Virus record (IMG/VR): IMGVR_UViG_3300033073_001027 | Location: 38,114 to 102,113 of that record | Source of the DNA: a virus | Lineage: Duplodnaviria; Caudoviricetes | Length of the DNA: 64,000 bases | Strand: one strand, 5' to 3' | Part shown: piece after piece, positions 29,288 to 39,403 of the stretch | Numbering within the stretch: position 1 is the first letter of the stretch | Layout of the letters: every line of letters begins with the position of its first letter | Translations under genes and position numbers: made by a program | Notes under the pieces: generated by a model | Database searches by the model: none | Told to the model about the DNA's origin: nothing | Seen by the model: the letters and a program-made list of their open reading frames with translations, nothing else

Positions 29288-29464
29288 TCAATAATACTTC
29301 ATACCAGAGATCGGCGAGTAGACAGCGAACAGACTACCATCACGCAGGACGGTGCACTCAAACCCAGACTGCTTGGCAGTCAGGAGAGCATCGGTCTGGT
29401 TGACACCCTGATAGTAGGTACGACCAGTGTTGATGCCGAGAGTTTCAAACAGCGGAGTATACAT
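29288..29464 (-). CDS. Hypothetical early protein
   Basis: AAGGAA RBS downstream of promoter. Confidence 0.6.
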   Translation of the reverse strand: MYTPLFETLGINTGRTYYQGVNQTDALLTAKQSGFECTVLRDGSLFAVYSPISGMKYY

Positions 29465-29491
29465 ATTCACTTCCTTTCTCATCATAGATTC

Positions 29492-29520
29492 ACTCTACCC
29501 TAAAAATGAGAAAATGTCAA
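29492..29520 (-). promoter_or_regulatory. Early promoter
   Basis: GGGCTTGACA-N17-TAGAGT. Confidence 0.8.
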
Positions 29521-29524
29521 GCCC

Positions 29525-29704
29525 CTAATATGCGATTTCTGATAAAATTTCACCGTACATCTCATTCACATCACTCTCGGGCAGTTGCTCGAGCGATGCA
29601 GTAATCTGCCAGATGACAAAATCATCCAGTTCCTTCTGCGTCATAGCAGCATAGATATCCTCAGCAACAACACGAATCTTATCTGCTTGGGTAATTTCAA
29701 CCAT
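29525..29704 (-). CDS. Hypothetical early protein
   Basis: GAGGAG RBS; single-gene promoter cassette. Confidence 0.65.
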   Translation of the reverse strand: MVEITQADKIRVVAEDIYAAMTQKELDDFVIWQITASLEQLPESDVNEMYGEILSEIAY

Positions 29705-29729
29705 TTCACTTCTCCTCAATCAATACATC

Positions 29730-29758
29730 ATTCTACCGCGAAACACCGAAAATGTCAA
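29730..29758 (-). promoter_or_regulatory. Early promoter
   Basis: TTGACA-N17-TAGAAT. Confidence 0.8.
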
Positions 29759-29925
29759 GTGTTATTTGCATGTTCTTTTCCTACCTCATACACAGCACGT
29801 AACCACCCAACCATTGTAGTTGCACGATCAGTATTAGATGAGTATGTGCGTTCGAGGTCATCATAGAAACGTTCTGCCCTGAGAGCAAATCCTTCTGTAT
29901 CATAGAACCAATCATCGAATTGCAT
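29755..29925 (-). CDS. Hypothetical protein
   Basis: FDDWF..EGFALRAERF phage motif. Confidence 0.65.
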   Translation of the reverse strand: MQFDDWFYDTEGFALRAERFYDDLERTYSSNTDRATTMVGWLRAVYEVGKEHANNT

Positions 29926-30295
29926 TGTTCTTCCTCTGCTGTTCGATGAAGTCTTTGTTACCAACCCATGTGTATGCACGGTAGCGCACCGCATGTCGTT
30001 CCATCAATGCTTGCTTGGTAAACAGAATGTGTCCATCATCGATCATCTTCTCGACCAGTTTGGTTGCCAGTTCCTTCTTGAAGATGCGATTCTGTTCATC
30101 CTCTGGTAGACCAGATGACTTGAGAAAATCCATCTCATACTCGAAACTGTAGTCGAGCATTGCTCCAGGAAGATTCAGATTCCACTGCGTGTTGATACCA
30201 GTAATGGCACTTATACCAGCATTGTTTCCCTGAATGGTAATGCTGTCCCAGTCTACTGGTTTGAATACGCTGATGTTATTGTCAATTATCGCCAT
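29912..30295 (-). CDS. Hypothetical protein
   Basis: ORF overlapping neighbours in operon. Confidence 0.65.
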   Translation of the reverse strand: MAIIDNNISVFKPVDWDSITIQGNNAGISAITGINTQWNLNLPGAMLDYSFEYEMDFLKSSGLPEDEQNRIFKKELATKLVEKMIDDGHILFTKQALMERHAVRYRAYTWVGNKDFIEQQRKNNAIR

Positions 30296-30464
30296 CGTCC
30301 ACCCATTCGATCTGGTGTGATGCTACCACACGCTCAAAGATATTACCACCGTCATCCTCAAGTGTCATGGTGACAGCAGTCGACTGCGGTCTGGTGGAGA
30401 GAGAATGGACAAAGTATACCTTACCAGCATCTTCCCACTTATCATTATTAATCATACATCGCAT
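30282..30464 (-). CDS. Small hypothetical protein
   Basis: GGGAG RBS. Confidence 0.55.
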   Translation of the reverse strand: MRCMINNDKWEDAGKVYFVHSLSTRPQSTAVTMTLEDDGGNIFERVVASHQIEWVDDGDN

Positions 30465-30475
30465 TTTCTTTCTCC

Positions 30476-31849
30476 CTATATGCTGCAAACATTTTCTTTT
30501 TCAAACCGTCTGTCAAGATACATCAGGAGTTCACCATATGCAATCTTGTTTTCTACAGTAAATTCTTCTTTATTTAGAATATACCATGCATCTGCTGCTC
30601 TGTTCAACTCACCGTTACATCCAAGTGGCACTACAGTCAAGTCCCATAGAACAATATACTTTCTTCCTGTTTCTTCACTCTTACCGTAGTAATAATCACA
30701 TTGTTCGTCTAACATCTTCTTGAGATCAGGATCTTCAATCTCCATCTTGTCAGAACGTTTGACAAAGTATACACTATTGCCTTCGATCCTTATCTTGTCT
30801 GGGACTTTGGTATCATAAAATTCTAGTTGTTCTGATGTTGCATATGCATCATCTCCGTCGAATCTGATAGTGATCCAATCTACGAGTTCACCAACATATC
30901 CTGGGACATTTTCTGTCGTATCGTCGATCTCGAACCAAGCAATCAATCCCTGCTCCGTGGTTCCATAACAGGTCCAGAATGTGACAGGGAGACGCTTTGC
31001 ATAATCATACATCTCGTCGAATGCAGCAAAACCTGCAGTAAAGATTTGCAATTTATGTGTAAACTTATCTTTATGCTTCTCGATATATGGTATGATGCGA
31101 TTGATCTGAAATTGATTGTTGGCCATCATGGTCTTCACACCACGACCAATCACATAATCCAGAATATACTGTTCCTCTTTTCCAGGTTGAATCAGACCGT
31201 AGTAGTTGTTTTCCACCACTCGCAATGCAGGAAGAATAACACTTGTCAATGCAGCAGCATGGTGCATGTTCACATTATGCATGACTGTTGTTTCGCGATT
31301 ATACCGCAATTTCTGTGCAATATCTGACCATTTAAGAGTATACTCGTGCGTAAAGTAAACCTCTTTGACTTTTCCTGTTGAACCACTGGTCGAGGTCAAC
31401 ATATAATTATCATGGGGATATACAGGTTCGCACTCTATGTCAGTGTCATCAACGTCATGGTATGCCTCGATCTGTTCGATGATTTTCATACCGTGACTTC
31501 TATAATAATCGACCATCTCGGGAACCCACCAATATCCTCCGATCTGGTCTACAACCATAATCTCTGGGAGACCAAGTTGGGCAAACTTTGTTGCCATGAC
31601 TGTTTCCATAGAAATCGGTTTTGATATAATACTACAAACCATACCAATTTCTGCTGTTGCGAACAACAGGGCAACATGGTCGGGAGTTACATCAAAAATA
31701 CCAATACCAATGGTAGTTCCCTTTTTTGCACCATACTTTGTTACCAGCAATCTCTTCCAGCGATTGATCATCTTACACAGATCATCCTTCGAATATCCAG
31801 CAAAATTGATGTAGTCACAAATTATGTCTCTTGTGATAACTCTGCTCAT
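30476..31849 (-). CDS. Adenylate-forming (ANL superfamily) enzyme-like protein
   Basis: STSGSTG P-loop, YGTTE, terminal NKI Lys. Confidence 0.75.
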   Translation of the reverse strand: MSRVITRDIICDYINFAGYSKDDLCKMINRWKRLLVTKYGAKKGTTIGIGIFDVTPDHVALLFATAEIGMVCSIISKPISMETVMATKFAQLGLPEIMVVDQIGGYWWVPEMVDYYRSHGMKIIEQIEAYHDVDDTDIECEPVYPHDNYMLTSTSGSTGKVKEVYFTHEYTLKWSDIAQKLRYNRETTVMHNVNMHHAAALTSVILPALRVVENNYYGLIQPGKEEQYILDYVIGRGVKTMMANNQFQINRIIPYIEKHKDKFTHKLQIFTAGFAAFDEMYDYAKRLPVTFWTCYGTTEQGLIAWFEIDDTTENVPGYVGELVDWITIRFDGDDAYATSEQLEFYDTKVPDKIRIEGNSVYFVKRSDKMEIEDPDLKKMLDEQCDYYYGKSEETGRKYIVLWDLTVVPLGCNGELNRAADAWYILNKEEFTVENKIAYGELLMYLDRRFEKENVCSI

Positions 31850-33204
31850 AAATCTTTCTCCACGTATGCACGGACTTGTTCCATCGACAGTTTTGTTGCG
31901 TCCATAAAATCTTGCTTCTTTAGATAAAATATTTCATGGAATAGATCTCTTAGGTTGATTGTTGCTTTCGAGAAATCAATATTTTCATGTTCATCCCAGA
32001 TAACAAGAATTGGCATCCCTTCTCTATGGATTAGAGTCCAATCATTGAATGTTTCATTAAGTAAAAATCTATAGTCGAACGGCATGTATGGAGGGAGAGG
32101 TTCGATGCGTCCTTTGAACACATAACTCTCGCCATCATACTCGATGTTGTCATCCACTTTACGAGCAACATCATCTCGACGATGGTACGTCACATATGTG
32201 CCAGTGTCATTGATCTCCACGGTATAGTCTTGCACCACCTGTCCGAGATTGTTTTCCTTGAACACTGACTGGTCTGTCACGTAATTGCTGAGAAACCCAC
32301 CTAGTTCAGTCGACCCGTAGATCGAGTTAAAGTTGACAGGTGCTCGCTTGCACAGATCATACTTTTCTTTTGGAAGAGGAAATCCTGATACTAAGAATGT
32401 AACACGCTTGTTAAATTCATCTGTTCTGCGTTCGATCACACGCAGAACAGAGTCCAGATACATAACATGAACCATAGTGTGGTCCACATTATACTCGATC
32501 AATCTATCAACAAACTCTTCCAGATTACTGTGATCAACAAAGAAACTATGATGTTCTTCTACCACTTGTAGCGCAGGTGTCAAATACGCCAGCAATGCAC
32601 TGGCATGATGTAGATTGAGAGTGTTCATGATCACAGAATCCTCAGAGATTCTGTTACAATACAGAGCATTTGTCATGTGCCATGAATATGCATCGCCATG
32701 CTTGACAAACACAGGTTTCGATGTAGTCAGTGTAGTACCACTGGTGGATCCAAACAGAAAGATATCTGATGGATCCACAGTGTAATTTATGGTAACATCT
32801 TCATCAGTACGAAGAGTATCAATCTCATCAGAGTAGCAGACCTGCTTGCTGTAGCGATTTACCATTACATTGTGTGCTTCTGGCCACTCCTCACCGAAAT
32901 AATACTTATCTGTGATGGTAAGATCCATTGGTCCATAGATTGCCATCTTGGTGGCATGGACTGTCTCCATACAGACAGGTTTGTTTGCTAGGAATAGTTT
33001 TAAACCAAGTTCAGCGACTGCCAGAATACAGGCAACATGATTGATGTTAACATCGAGCAACAGAACACAAACAAGATCACCACGTTGCATTCCATACTTG
33101 TATGTCAGTAGTCTTTTCCAACGATTGATCTTGTTACAGATATCCTGCTTGGTATATCCATCGTAACTGATGTTATCGTTGATGATGTTACGATCGATTA
33201 TCAT
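31846..33204 (-). CDS. Adenylate-forming (ANL superfamily) enzyme-like protein
   Basis: STSGTT..KPV, YGSTE, D...FKGR, TKL. Confidence 0.78.
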   Translation of the reverse strand: MIIDRNIINDNISYDGYTKQDICNKINRWKRLLTYKYGMQRGDLVCVLLLDVNINHVACILAVAELGLKLFLANKPVCMETVHATKMAIYGPMDLTITDKYYFGEEWPEAHNVMVNRYSKQVCYSDEIDTLRTDEDVTINYTVDPSDIFLFGSTSGTTLTTSKPVFVKHGDAYSWHMTNALYCNRISEDSVIMNTLNLHHASALLAYLTPALQVVEEHHSFFVDHSNLEEFVDRLIEYNVDHTMVHVMYLDSVLRVIERRTDEFNKRVTFLVSGFPLPKEKYDLCKRAPVNFNSIYGSTELGGFLSNYVTDQSVFKENNLGQVVQDYTVEINDTGTYVTYHRRDDVARKVDDNIEYDGESYVFKGRIEPLPPYMPFDYRFLLNETFNDWTLIHREGMPILVIWDEHENIDFSKATINLRDLFHEIFYLKKQDFMDATKLSMEQVRAYVEKDL

Positions 33205-33397
33205 TTTTTGTATCTACAATGTGCAAGAGATTTGGTCCTGACGATGCAGTAAAGGCACGATCATATTGTCGTAGGATTGCTTTGTAATCATCTGATGTTT
33301 GACGAACTACATACTCAGTTCGAGTAGCGTCAGTCCATCTGCGAAGTTCATATCTCACTAAAACCTCCAAAATTATACCATTAGATCTGTCTTCCAC
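33188..33397 (-). CDS. Hypothetical protein
   Basis: ORF bridging neighbours. Confidence 0.5.
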   Translation of the reverse strand: MEDRSNGIILEVLVRYELRRWTDATRTEYVVRQTSDDYKAILRQYDRAFTASSGPNLLHIVDTKNDNRS

Positions 33398-33942
33398 CCC
33401 TGACCAATTAATTTCTGCAATCTACGCAGATTCGGTTGGTCATTATACTTAGGGTTCTGCACCAGTTTGCGTTGCTTGATTGCATCATACTGTGCACGGG
33501 AGATGTAGAAGTTGCCACTACCAAACTCGAAGTATGGCATGCAATGCAGGAAGTCGAACGTCTCACGCGATGTGCGGTCAGACATTACAATCACCTGCAA
33601 CTTATTCTTGAAGGTAACTGCTCGTTCGGTGACAACTTTACCATTCAGCAGAGTTGTGACGTTATAGTTGGGATTGATGTCAGCAATCACATCCTCGATA
33701 CCATCCAATCCCTTCATCACACGGTCGAGAAACTGATTCGACAGCGAATGCGTCTCAAGATAGATATCCCAGTCATTGGGTTCTTCCCCGTGAAACAGTG
33801 AGGCGATGGCACCACCAGCGAGGATGCCATTCTTGAACATCTGAGTATACGGTGATGGTAGTTCTGACATCAGCAAACGCAATCGCTGCTTGATGGTCAG
33901 TTTTACTGCTTCGATCTCACCACGCTCAATGTCGGTGAACAT
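33373..33942 (-). CDS. Nucleotidyltransferase (polyA polymerase/CCA head-like)
   Basis: LAGGAIASL..DWDIY, FDFLHC. Confidence 0.65.
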   Translation of the reverse strand: MFTDIERGEIEAVKLTIKQRLRLLMSELPSPYTQMFKNGILAGGAIASLFHGEEPNDWDIYLETHSLSNQFLDRVMKGLDGIEDVIADINPNYNVTTLLNGKVVTERAVTFKNKLQVIVMSDRTSRETFDFLHCMPYFEFGSGNFYISRAQYDAIKQRKLVQNPKYNDQPNLRRLQKLIGQGWKTDLMV

Positions 33943-33951
33943 AACAAATCC

Positions 33952-34152
33952 TTAGAGAAAACGATTGATGCTATGAATCTCAGTACGAATTTCTGAATAG
34001 AATCGATCTAGAATCTTCTTAATTTCTGCCTTTTCCTTGGGACTTGCACCCTTACAATTGACATACAGATTTGCCGAGAGACTCGATTCTCCAGGTCCAT
34101 TCTGTTCGTCTGCAGTCATGTCATTGTAAAATAGTTGCGTATCAATTTCCAT
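33952..34152 (-). CDS. Hypothetical protein
   Basis: ORF, RBS. Confidence 0.55.
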   Translation of the reverse strand: MEIDTQLFYNDMTADEQNGPGESSLSANLYVNCKGASPKEKAEIKKILDRFYSEIRTEIHSINRFL

Positions 34153-34357
34153 CGCGAATATCCTTCAACTTGTGATAAATTTCAATCATATCAATTGCCT
34201 TTGAGATTGAAACAACCAGAAAAGCAATTCCCATCCAATTTAAAAATGATGCGTTGCCAATATGATTACCAGTAATAATAAACTCTGCGGTTGCAACTAC
34301 CAGAGCAACAAACCAAGACTTTACTACAATATCAAACAACAATCTAAACAAAATCAT
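34142..34357 (-). CDS. Small two-TM membrane protein
   Basis: Two hydrophobic helices. Confidence 0.55.
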   Translation of the reverse strand: MILFRLLFDIVVKSWFVALVVATAEFIITGNHIGNASFLNWMGIAFLVVSISKAIDMIEIYHKLKDIRDGN

Positions 34358-34517
34358 TACGTAACCTCTCAATTTCATCCTTGATCTTCAATTTACGTCG
34401 TTTAATCGTAGTAATCAACCACTCAGGAGTTTGTGGACGCTTGTAGCAGTTTTCAAGAATTTCTTCTTGCTCAGCATGCTTCTGCTCTAGTGCTTTGATG
34501 TGATTCTCAACGCTCAT
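34344..34517 (-). CDS. DUF465/YdcH-like small protein (not in ORF track)
   Basis: MSVENHIKALEQKHAE...IKRRKLKIKDEIERL. Confidence 0.7.
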   Translation of the reverse strand: MSVENHIKALEQKHAEQEEILENCYKRPQTPEWLITTIKRRKLKIKDEIERLRNDFV

Positions 34518-34537
34518 CGTAATATCCTTATACTATA

Positions 34538-35140
34538 TTATTGCGATTTTGTCAATACTTTCCATTCCTCAGGAGAAATTTCTTCGAATCGATGACGGTA
34601 TTCTTCATACAATCTTTTTTCAAACTTCAGATTATCAATGTGGAAGAATTCTAAGAAATCAACGGAAAATTGCTTGCTGGTAGTATCAGTGATTGGTCCT
34701 ACTTTTTGGGGCAAATATTCTGAGATTCTCTCAAAATTTATGTACCTGAAATTGTACCCAATTAGATGATCGAGGTAAGGCATGCTGTGGGCACTAATAT
34801 CTTCAAATCTAAACTGTTCATAAGATTTTTCATTGAGTTTTTCGTATGCCCAAAACAGAGGATTTTTCTCCTGTTCTTCTTTGGGCAATGAGATAAAATC
34901 ATAATAGAATTTTTTTGCTTTTAATTCATGATATGCAATAGCAGATGCAATGCGCTGATATGGATGCCGCAAAACAATAATTTTTTCTGATGGATTTTGT
35001 TTCCAAATCGATCTTATTTGGGTTCTACCTCTCCCAATCATGTGAGAGTATCGTGGAATATTAAAATAATGATACATCGATGTGTTCGCACATCGATTCT
35101 CTGCCATTATATTAAGTTTTCCATTATCTAAAACAAACAT
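34538..35140 (-). CDS. Sulfotransferase family 2-like protein
   Basis: RCANTS, LRHPYQRIASA; full-length paralog of 13515..14072. Confidence 0.55.
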   Translation of the reverse strand: MFVLDNGKLNIMAENRCANTSMYHYFNIPRYSHMIGRGRTQIRSIWKQNPSEKIIVLRHPYQRIASAIAYHELKAKKFYYDFISLPKEEQEKNPLFWAYEKLNEKSYEQFRFEDISAHSMPYLDHLIGYNFRYINFERISEYLPQKVGPITDTTSKQFSVDFLEFFHIDNLKFEKRLYEEYRHRFEEISPEEWKVLTKSQ

Positions 35141-35143
35141 GTC

Positions 35144-35764
35144 TTAGTCTGTTTTTTTCCAACAGCACCAAACTGCCAGATCAAAATCATCTTGAAGCAG
35201 AGGTGTCAAATTATATTCCTCTGTTGCAATGATAATGTCTTTCAGTTTAATTTCGCACCATCTCCATACATTCTCCTTCACGAACACATCATAATACTCA
35301 TCGTCCATCACATAATCATGCGCCATGATTATATCATTGGGTTTGAGAACACGAGAAAGTGTGTTAAACTCTAGTGGTTTGTTACCACCATCACACAGAA
35401 CAAGTGTCTGACCTTCCTGTTGAATGTAATCTGCGATGCGATCTAAATCTTGGAATGCATCCATAACTCTGACAGTAATATTCTTTTCTTCAAGTCTATT
35501 TTTGTGTCTTGTTTCTACGATGTCATATGTGATGATCTCAGCATCAGTAAGACTACGGATAGAATGAATGAATCCACCACTGGCAGTTCCAATCTCTACA
35601 ATCCTGACAATATTTTCTTGTTCGAATAGTTTTTGGAATGCAGGATAAAATGCTTTGTTTTGCTGACAGAAAATACCATCAAACAAACCACCACCCCATT
35701 TATGATTCCAGTGGGGATATTCATTTACTGGGTCAAATGCTTCTTTTGGAATCTGAAATGCCAT
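35144..35764 (-). CDS. Class I SAM-dependent methyltransferase (CmcI/Methyltransf_24-like)
   Basis: VEIGTASGG, YDI, CDGG, AHDY. Confidence 0.75.
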   Translation of the reverse strand: MAFQIPKEAFDPVNEYPHWNHKWGGGLFDGIFCQQNKAFYPAFQKLFEQENIVRIVEIGTASGGFIHSIRSLTDAEIITYDIVETRHKNRLEEKNITVRVMDAFQDLDRIADYIQQEGQTLVLCDGGNKPLEFNTLSRVLKPNDIIMAHDYVMDDEYYDVFVKENVWRWCEIKLKDIIIATEEYNLTPLLQDDFDLAVWCCWKKTD

Positions 35765-36330
35765 TAGTAACCTCCATACGACCAATGAACGGTCGAATAA
35801 CGTGGACCTTCAATAAGAGGATCAACTTGATGTCTCACAAATGATGGGAAGACTAATAGATCACCTTGGTTGTAGTCGAACGACATACGCTTCTCATCGA
35901 CCCAAAGTGCAAGTTTACCTCCCTCGAAAGAATTACGATCCGAGAGAAGAACGAGTGCACTGATTTTTCTGATTGGTTTCGAGACAAAATTGGTGTAGTT
36001 TGTGGGGAAGATAATGTCGTGGTGAATGTCGAACTTACCACCTGAATCGTATTTCAGAAAATGATTTTCTCCGCAATACTCAAATATATTAATGTTCCAC
36101 ATCTCATCATTGAGTTGCGCTACTGCTTGTTTTACCTTCAAACAGAATGGATTTGTTGGATTGATATTGCACTGTTGACTTTTTCTAGTATCAGAAATGC
36201 CACTATTATAACCACCTGTTGTTTGACTGTCTACTAGTGGTTTCTCTAATTGTTCTTTGATGAAATCTTCTGCTTCATTCTTCATATATCCACGCCAGAT
36301 AAAGGCAGGACCCATTCTCTCAAATGCCAT
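35764..36330 (-). CDS. 2OG-Fe(II) oxygenase (prolyl-hydroxylase-like)
   Basis: HHD, RKIS, FEGG, FPSFVRHQV, RYS. Confidence 0.88.
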   Translation of the reverse strand: MAFERMGPAFIWRGYMKNEAEDFIKEQLEKPLVDSQTTGGYNSGISDTRKSQQCNINPTNPFCLKVKQAVAQLNDEMWNINIFEYCGENHFLKYDSGGKFDIHHDIIFPTNYTNFVSKPIRKISALVLLSDRNSFEGGKLALWVDEKRMSFDYNQGDLLVFPSFVRHQVDPLIEGPRYSTVHWSYGGY

Positions 36331-36650
36331 TAAAAATACTTTCCTTTGTAATCGTCAACAGACTTATATGACCAACGCTTTGGTGTTACGTCAGGTTCAT
36401 CCATGACATCAATTGTGTATTGATTGACCGAATCTGCCCATGATTCTTTGTCAACTACGCTGGTAAGAATATTTTTTGACATCACAAGCAATACTGAACC
36501 CAGTGCAATTAGATCTTGTTTGTCATCACAATATTGAATCATTTCTGAAATGTAGTCATCAACATCATGGAGCATACCAAATCGTTTCTCCAAAACTTCC
36601 TTTGGAGTAAGTCTGAAATAAGAGAGATCTGGTTTGTTTTCATCGTCCAT
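36330..36650 (-). CDS. Hypothetical protein
   Basis: AATAAATA late-like box 5 nt upstream of ATG 36650. Confidence 0.65.
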   Translation of the reverse strand: MDDENKPDLSYFRLTPKEVLEKRFGMLHDVDDYISEMIQYCDDKQDLIALGSVLLVMSKNILTSVVDKESWADSVNQYTIDVMDEPDVTPKRWSYKSVDDYKGKYF

Positions 36651-36661
36651 ACGCATATTTA

Positions 36662-36856
36662 TTATGCGTTTATACGACCCAATCTGTGAAGAAGATTTGC
36701 AATAGGTGTTACATCGGGATGTGGATCCCGATCACTGTAACCCTCGGTGCGAAGGCAATCGACCAAGTAGACCTGTAGGGCCCGCTTGATAACAGGAATA
36801 TCTGCGGGTGCGAAAGTGCCACCCTTTGCTTGCTTAGGTTCAGTCATTAGTCCCAA
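36662..36856 (-). CDS. Hypothetical protein
   Basis: ORF in operon. Confidence 0.6.
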   Translation of the reverse strand: MGLMTEPKQAKGGTFAPADIPVIKRALQVYLVDCLRTEGYSDRDPHPDVTPIANLLHRLGRINA

Positions 36857-37410
36857 AGTCCTCTATAATATTTACCAAACAAGGTAGTACCACGATTGAT
36901 ACGTTCGTTGTGCTTCTTGTGACCTTTCTTGTCGTAGGTGATAGGATCGGTCGAGTGATCAAAAAATTGATGATCGTTATCATCATTTATAAGTTGTTCA
37001 AAGGCCCAGATCATTTCATCCAGCACCCATTCCCAACGCTGGTGCCACTTGCCATCTGGTTCGTAGTCCTCGGTAGCAGGTTCAACATCTGAGCGAAGAT
37101 GCTTAGGAACATCCTTGTCATCAACAGCAGGTGATCCATGTTTAGTGTCACGCAACTGCTTCAACATCGGCAGAATGATAAGAGCGAGGGTGTGGTCCAT
37201 ACCCCAAGTATCATACTTATCAATACGGACCTTGATCTTACGCTTCTTCTTATTGCCTGCCCATACAAGGAAACGACCGATAAAAGTGTTGCTAAGTTTT
37301 TCACCCAAGTCATACACGGCATCATCGTCCTTGTCCTTCCAGAACATGATCTTCTCTGCCAGTTGGTATGGACCAAACCAGTCACGATATGGTCCGATAT
37401 TCACTTTCAT
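36847..37410 (-). CDS. Conserved hypothetical phage protein
   Basis: DTWGMDHTLA.II.PML, LDEMIWAFE, LFGKYY.GLWD. Confidence 0.8.
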   Translation of the reverse strand: MKVNIGPYRDWFGPYQLAEKIMFWKDKDDDAVYDLGEKLSNTFIGRFLVWAGNKKKRKIKVRIDKYDTWGMDHTLALIILPMLKQLRDTKHGSPAVDDKDVPKHLRSDVEPATEDYEPDGKWHQRWEWVLDEMIWAFEQLINDDNDHQFFDHSTDPITYDKKGHKKHNERINRGTTLFGKYYRGLWD

Positions 37411-38585
37411 TACAGCGCACCCCAGTAGAAGTTGGTCTTCGGTTGCTTCTTAGTCAGTTGGACACGCTGGCCTTCTGCGTTAGTGAAGACAAACGATCCT
37501 GCCTTTGCGTTGACGCTGGTAAGATCGGCAGGTGTAAACACTGCACGACCATTAGTAACCTTCTTCGCAACACGGTTACGATTTGGACTTGGCCAAGGTT
37601 CATTGCGACCAAGAGTTGTAGGAGAAGGAACTGCTACCAGTTCATCAAACTCATTGTCCAGATACTCTTCCTCGTCTGCATAATCAAGACCGTAATAGAT
37701 TGTCCAACTTTCATTGGTCAGAGGATTACAATCCAGTTCCTTGGTACCAAGATACTGTTCAGGAACAATCTGTCCATCAATAACCAGTTGCACCATATAG
37801 TCTGGTTCCTGATTATCATACTCAGGCTTGGCATTCAGAAGGCGCATTGCTTCTTGCGGCGTTTCGTTGTAGCGATTCATATCTTCAACGAGTGCCTTGA
37901 GCATATCGAAGTTGAATTCCGAAAACAGAGTGGCGATCTTGGTGATCTGGTCGATATACGACTTGTTGATCAGAAGGTCATTGCAATAGTCGCGGATGAA
38001 TTCTTCCGACAGACCCTTGAAGTCAATCGCATAGAAGATACGACCAGGGCGATTTCGCATATGCTGGTCGACACGCCACTTATCGTTGCAGGTCAGCACG
38101 AACAGGGTCTTGCTGGCATACACACCATCAAGCAGAGTCAGCATCTTTTCCTGTTGGTCGCGGTCATACACCTTTTCGAATTCGTCAAACAGAACTACCG
38201 ACGGTTGTTCGATATCCTGGATCAACTTGTTGAAACTGTCACCAACCCACGGCGAGTTAATCACGATGGTAGGCATGTTCTCTGCATATCCAAGGATAGA
38301 CAGGTGCTTGGCGAGTAGTGTCTTACCCGAACCCTTTTCGCCCGTCAGTAGAACACCAGTGGATGCACTGCGATCCTTGAAGGTGCGCCAGATACGATCA
38401 GCATTGCGAAGAGTGTCTCCGTAATACTTGTTCAGAGGTTCGAACCGATCGACAACCTCAAGAAAGAAATTACCGAACTGATCTACCTTGACCTGATAAT
38501 TGTCGGCAGGCAGGTGTGTAGTAATGTCAATCGAGTTTTCGTCGGTGACACGGAAGGTATTAGCATTACGAAGATAATAAGTCAC
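37410..38585 (-). CDS. AAA+ ATPase
   Basis: Walker A GEKGSGKT, Walker B LFDEFE, RPGR. Confidence 0.9.
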   Translation of the reverse strand: MTYYLRNANTFRVTDENSIDITTHLPADNYQVKVDQFGNFFLEVVDRFEPLNKYYGDTLRNADRIWRTFKDRSASTGVLLTGEKGSGKTLLAKHLSILGYAENMPTIVINSPWVGDSFNKLIQDIEQPSVVLFDEFEKVYDRDQQEKMLTLLDGVYASKTLFVLTCNDKWRVDQHMRNRPGRIFYAIDFKGLSEEFIRDYCNDLLINKSYIDQITKIATLFSEFNFDMLKALVEDMNRYNETPQEAMRLLNAKPEYDNQEPDYMVQLVIDGQIVPEQYLGTKELDCNPLTNESWTIYYGLDYADEEEYLDNEFDELVAVPSPTTLGRNEPWPSPNRNRVAKKVTNGRAVFTPADLTSVNAKAGSFVFTNAEGQRVQLTKKQPKTNFYWGAL

Positions 38586-38769
38586 TGTTTTACGCCTTTA
38601 ACAAAAATTGTCCCAATCAATTTCAGACTTCATATAATTCATATCAAGAGGGAAATCCAATCCCCGAATAGTCTTTACAATCTTGGTCACACCATAAACT
38701 GCAAGGGCAGAGATACCGAAGACTGCGATATATGGCAGTGCATCGGTAACCTTCTGCTTTACATCTTCC

Positions 38770-39009
38770 TTATTCATATTTCAGTCCAATGCTTTCAAGT
38801 TGTTCCTTGTTGCCATACCACTTGAGAACTACCTCAAGCGCATCGATATGGCGCTGGATCATTGCATCGTCCTGCTCGGGATCATCCCAAGCAAACACAG
38901 AATTGCCAGCACCAAGATCATTTAGAAAATTCTGGCGACAATCTGCCAGATTTTCAAACGTGATACGATCCGACATATCATGATCGATTTCAACTGTAAA
39001 CTTAGTCAT
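38770..39009 (-). CDS. Hypothetical protein
   Basis: ORF in operon. Confidence 0.6.
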   Translation of the reverse strand: MTKFTVEIDHDMSDRITFENLADCRQNFLNDLGAGNSVFAWDDPEQDDAMIQRHIDALEVVLKWYGNKEQLESIGLKYE

Positions 39010-39403
39010 TGTCTGTCACCTTCTTATAACGATTATAACTACCATCTGCCTCGACAATCATTACTTCACCGAGATTCTCGTTCTTTGCCAGAACACGTTG
39101 CTCATCCTCTGCTACGATACGACCACGTTCGCGAAGAACACGCATCACCGCATTGGCGATGCCAAACTTATTACGACCAGTGTCAGCAGCATTCTGTGCT
39201 GCCTCTGCGCACTCACGATATACATCGTCGGGTAATGACCAAGAGAGATCCATTGCAGCACCAAGATCACCGACACGGCGGAGATACTCTTGACCACCGT
39301 CAACTGCGATGGCACCACAGGTGCATGTCACATAATCATGACGATGCTTAGAGACAATAAAATCTCCGCACAAAAGACATGTTGCTGCATTCTGGACAAT
39401 CAT
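39002..39403 (-). CDS. Zinc-ribbon phage protein
   Basis: CLLCGD..SKHRHD..CTCG..VDGG. Confidence 0.75.
   Translation of the reverse strand: MIVQNAATCLLCGDFIVSKHRHDYVTCTCGAIAVDGGQEYLRRVGDLGAAMDLSWSLPDDVYRECAEAAQNAADTGRNKFGIANAVMRVLRERGRIVAEDEQRVLAKNENLGEVMIVEADGSYNRYKKVTDND

Noticed and set aside
37368-38318. 316-aa plus-strand ORF, and other long antisense ORFs (e.g. 53724, 54199, 56721)
   Set aside because: Shadow frames opposite well-supported minus-strand genes; no motifs or RBS
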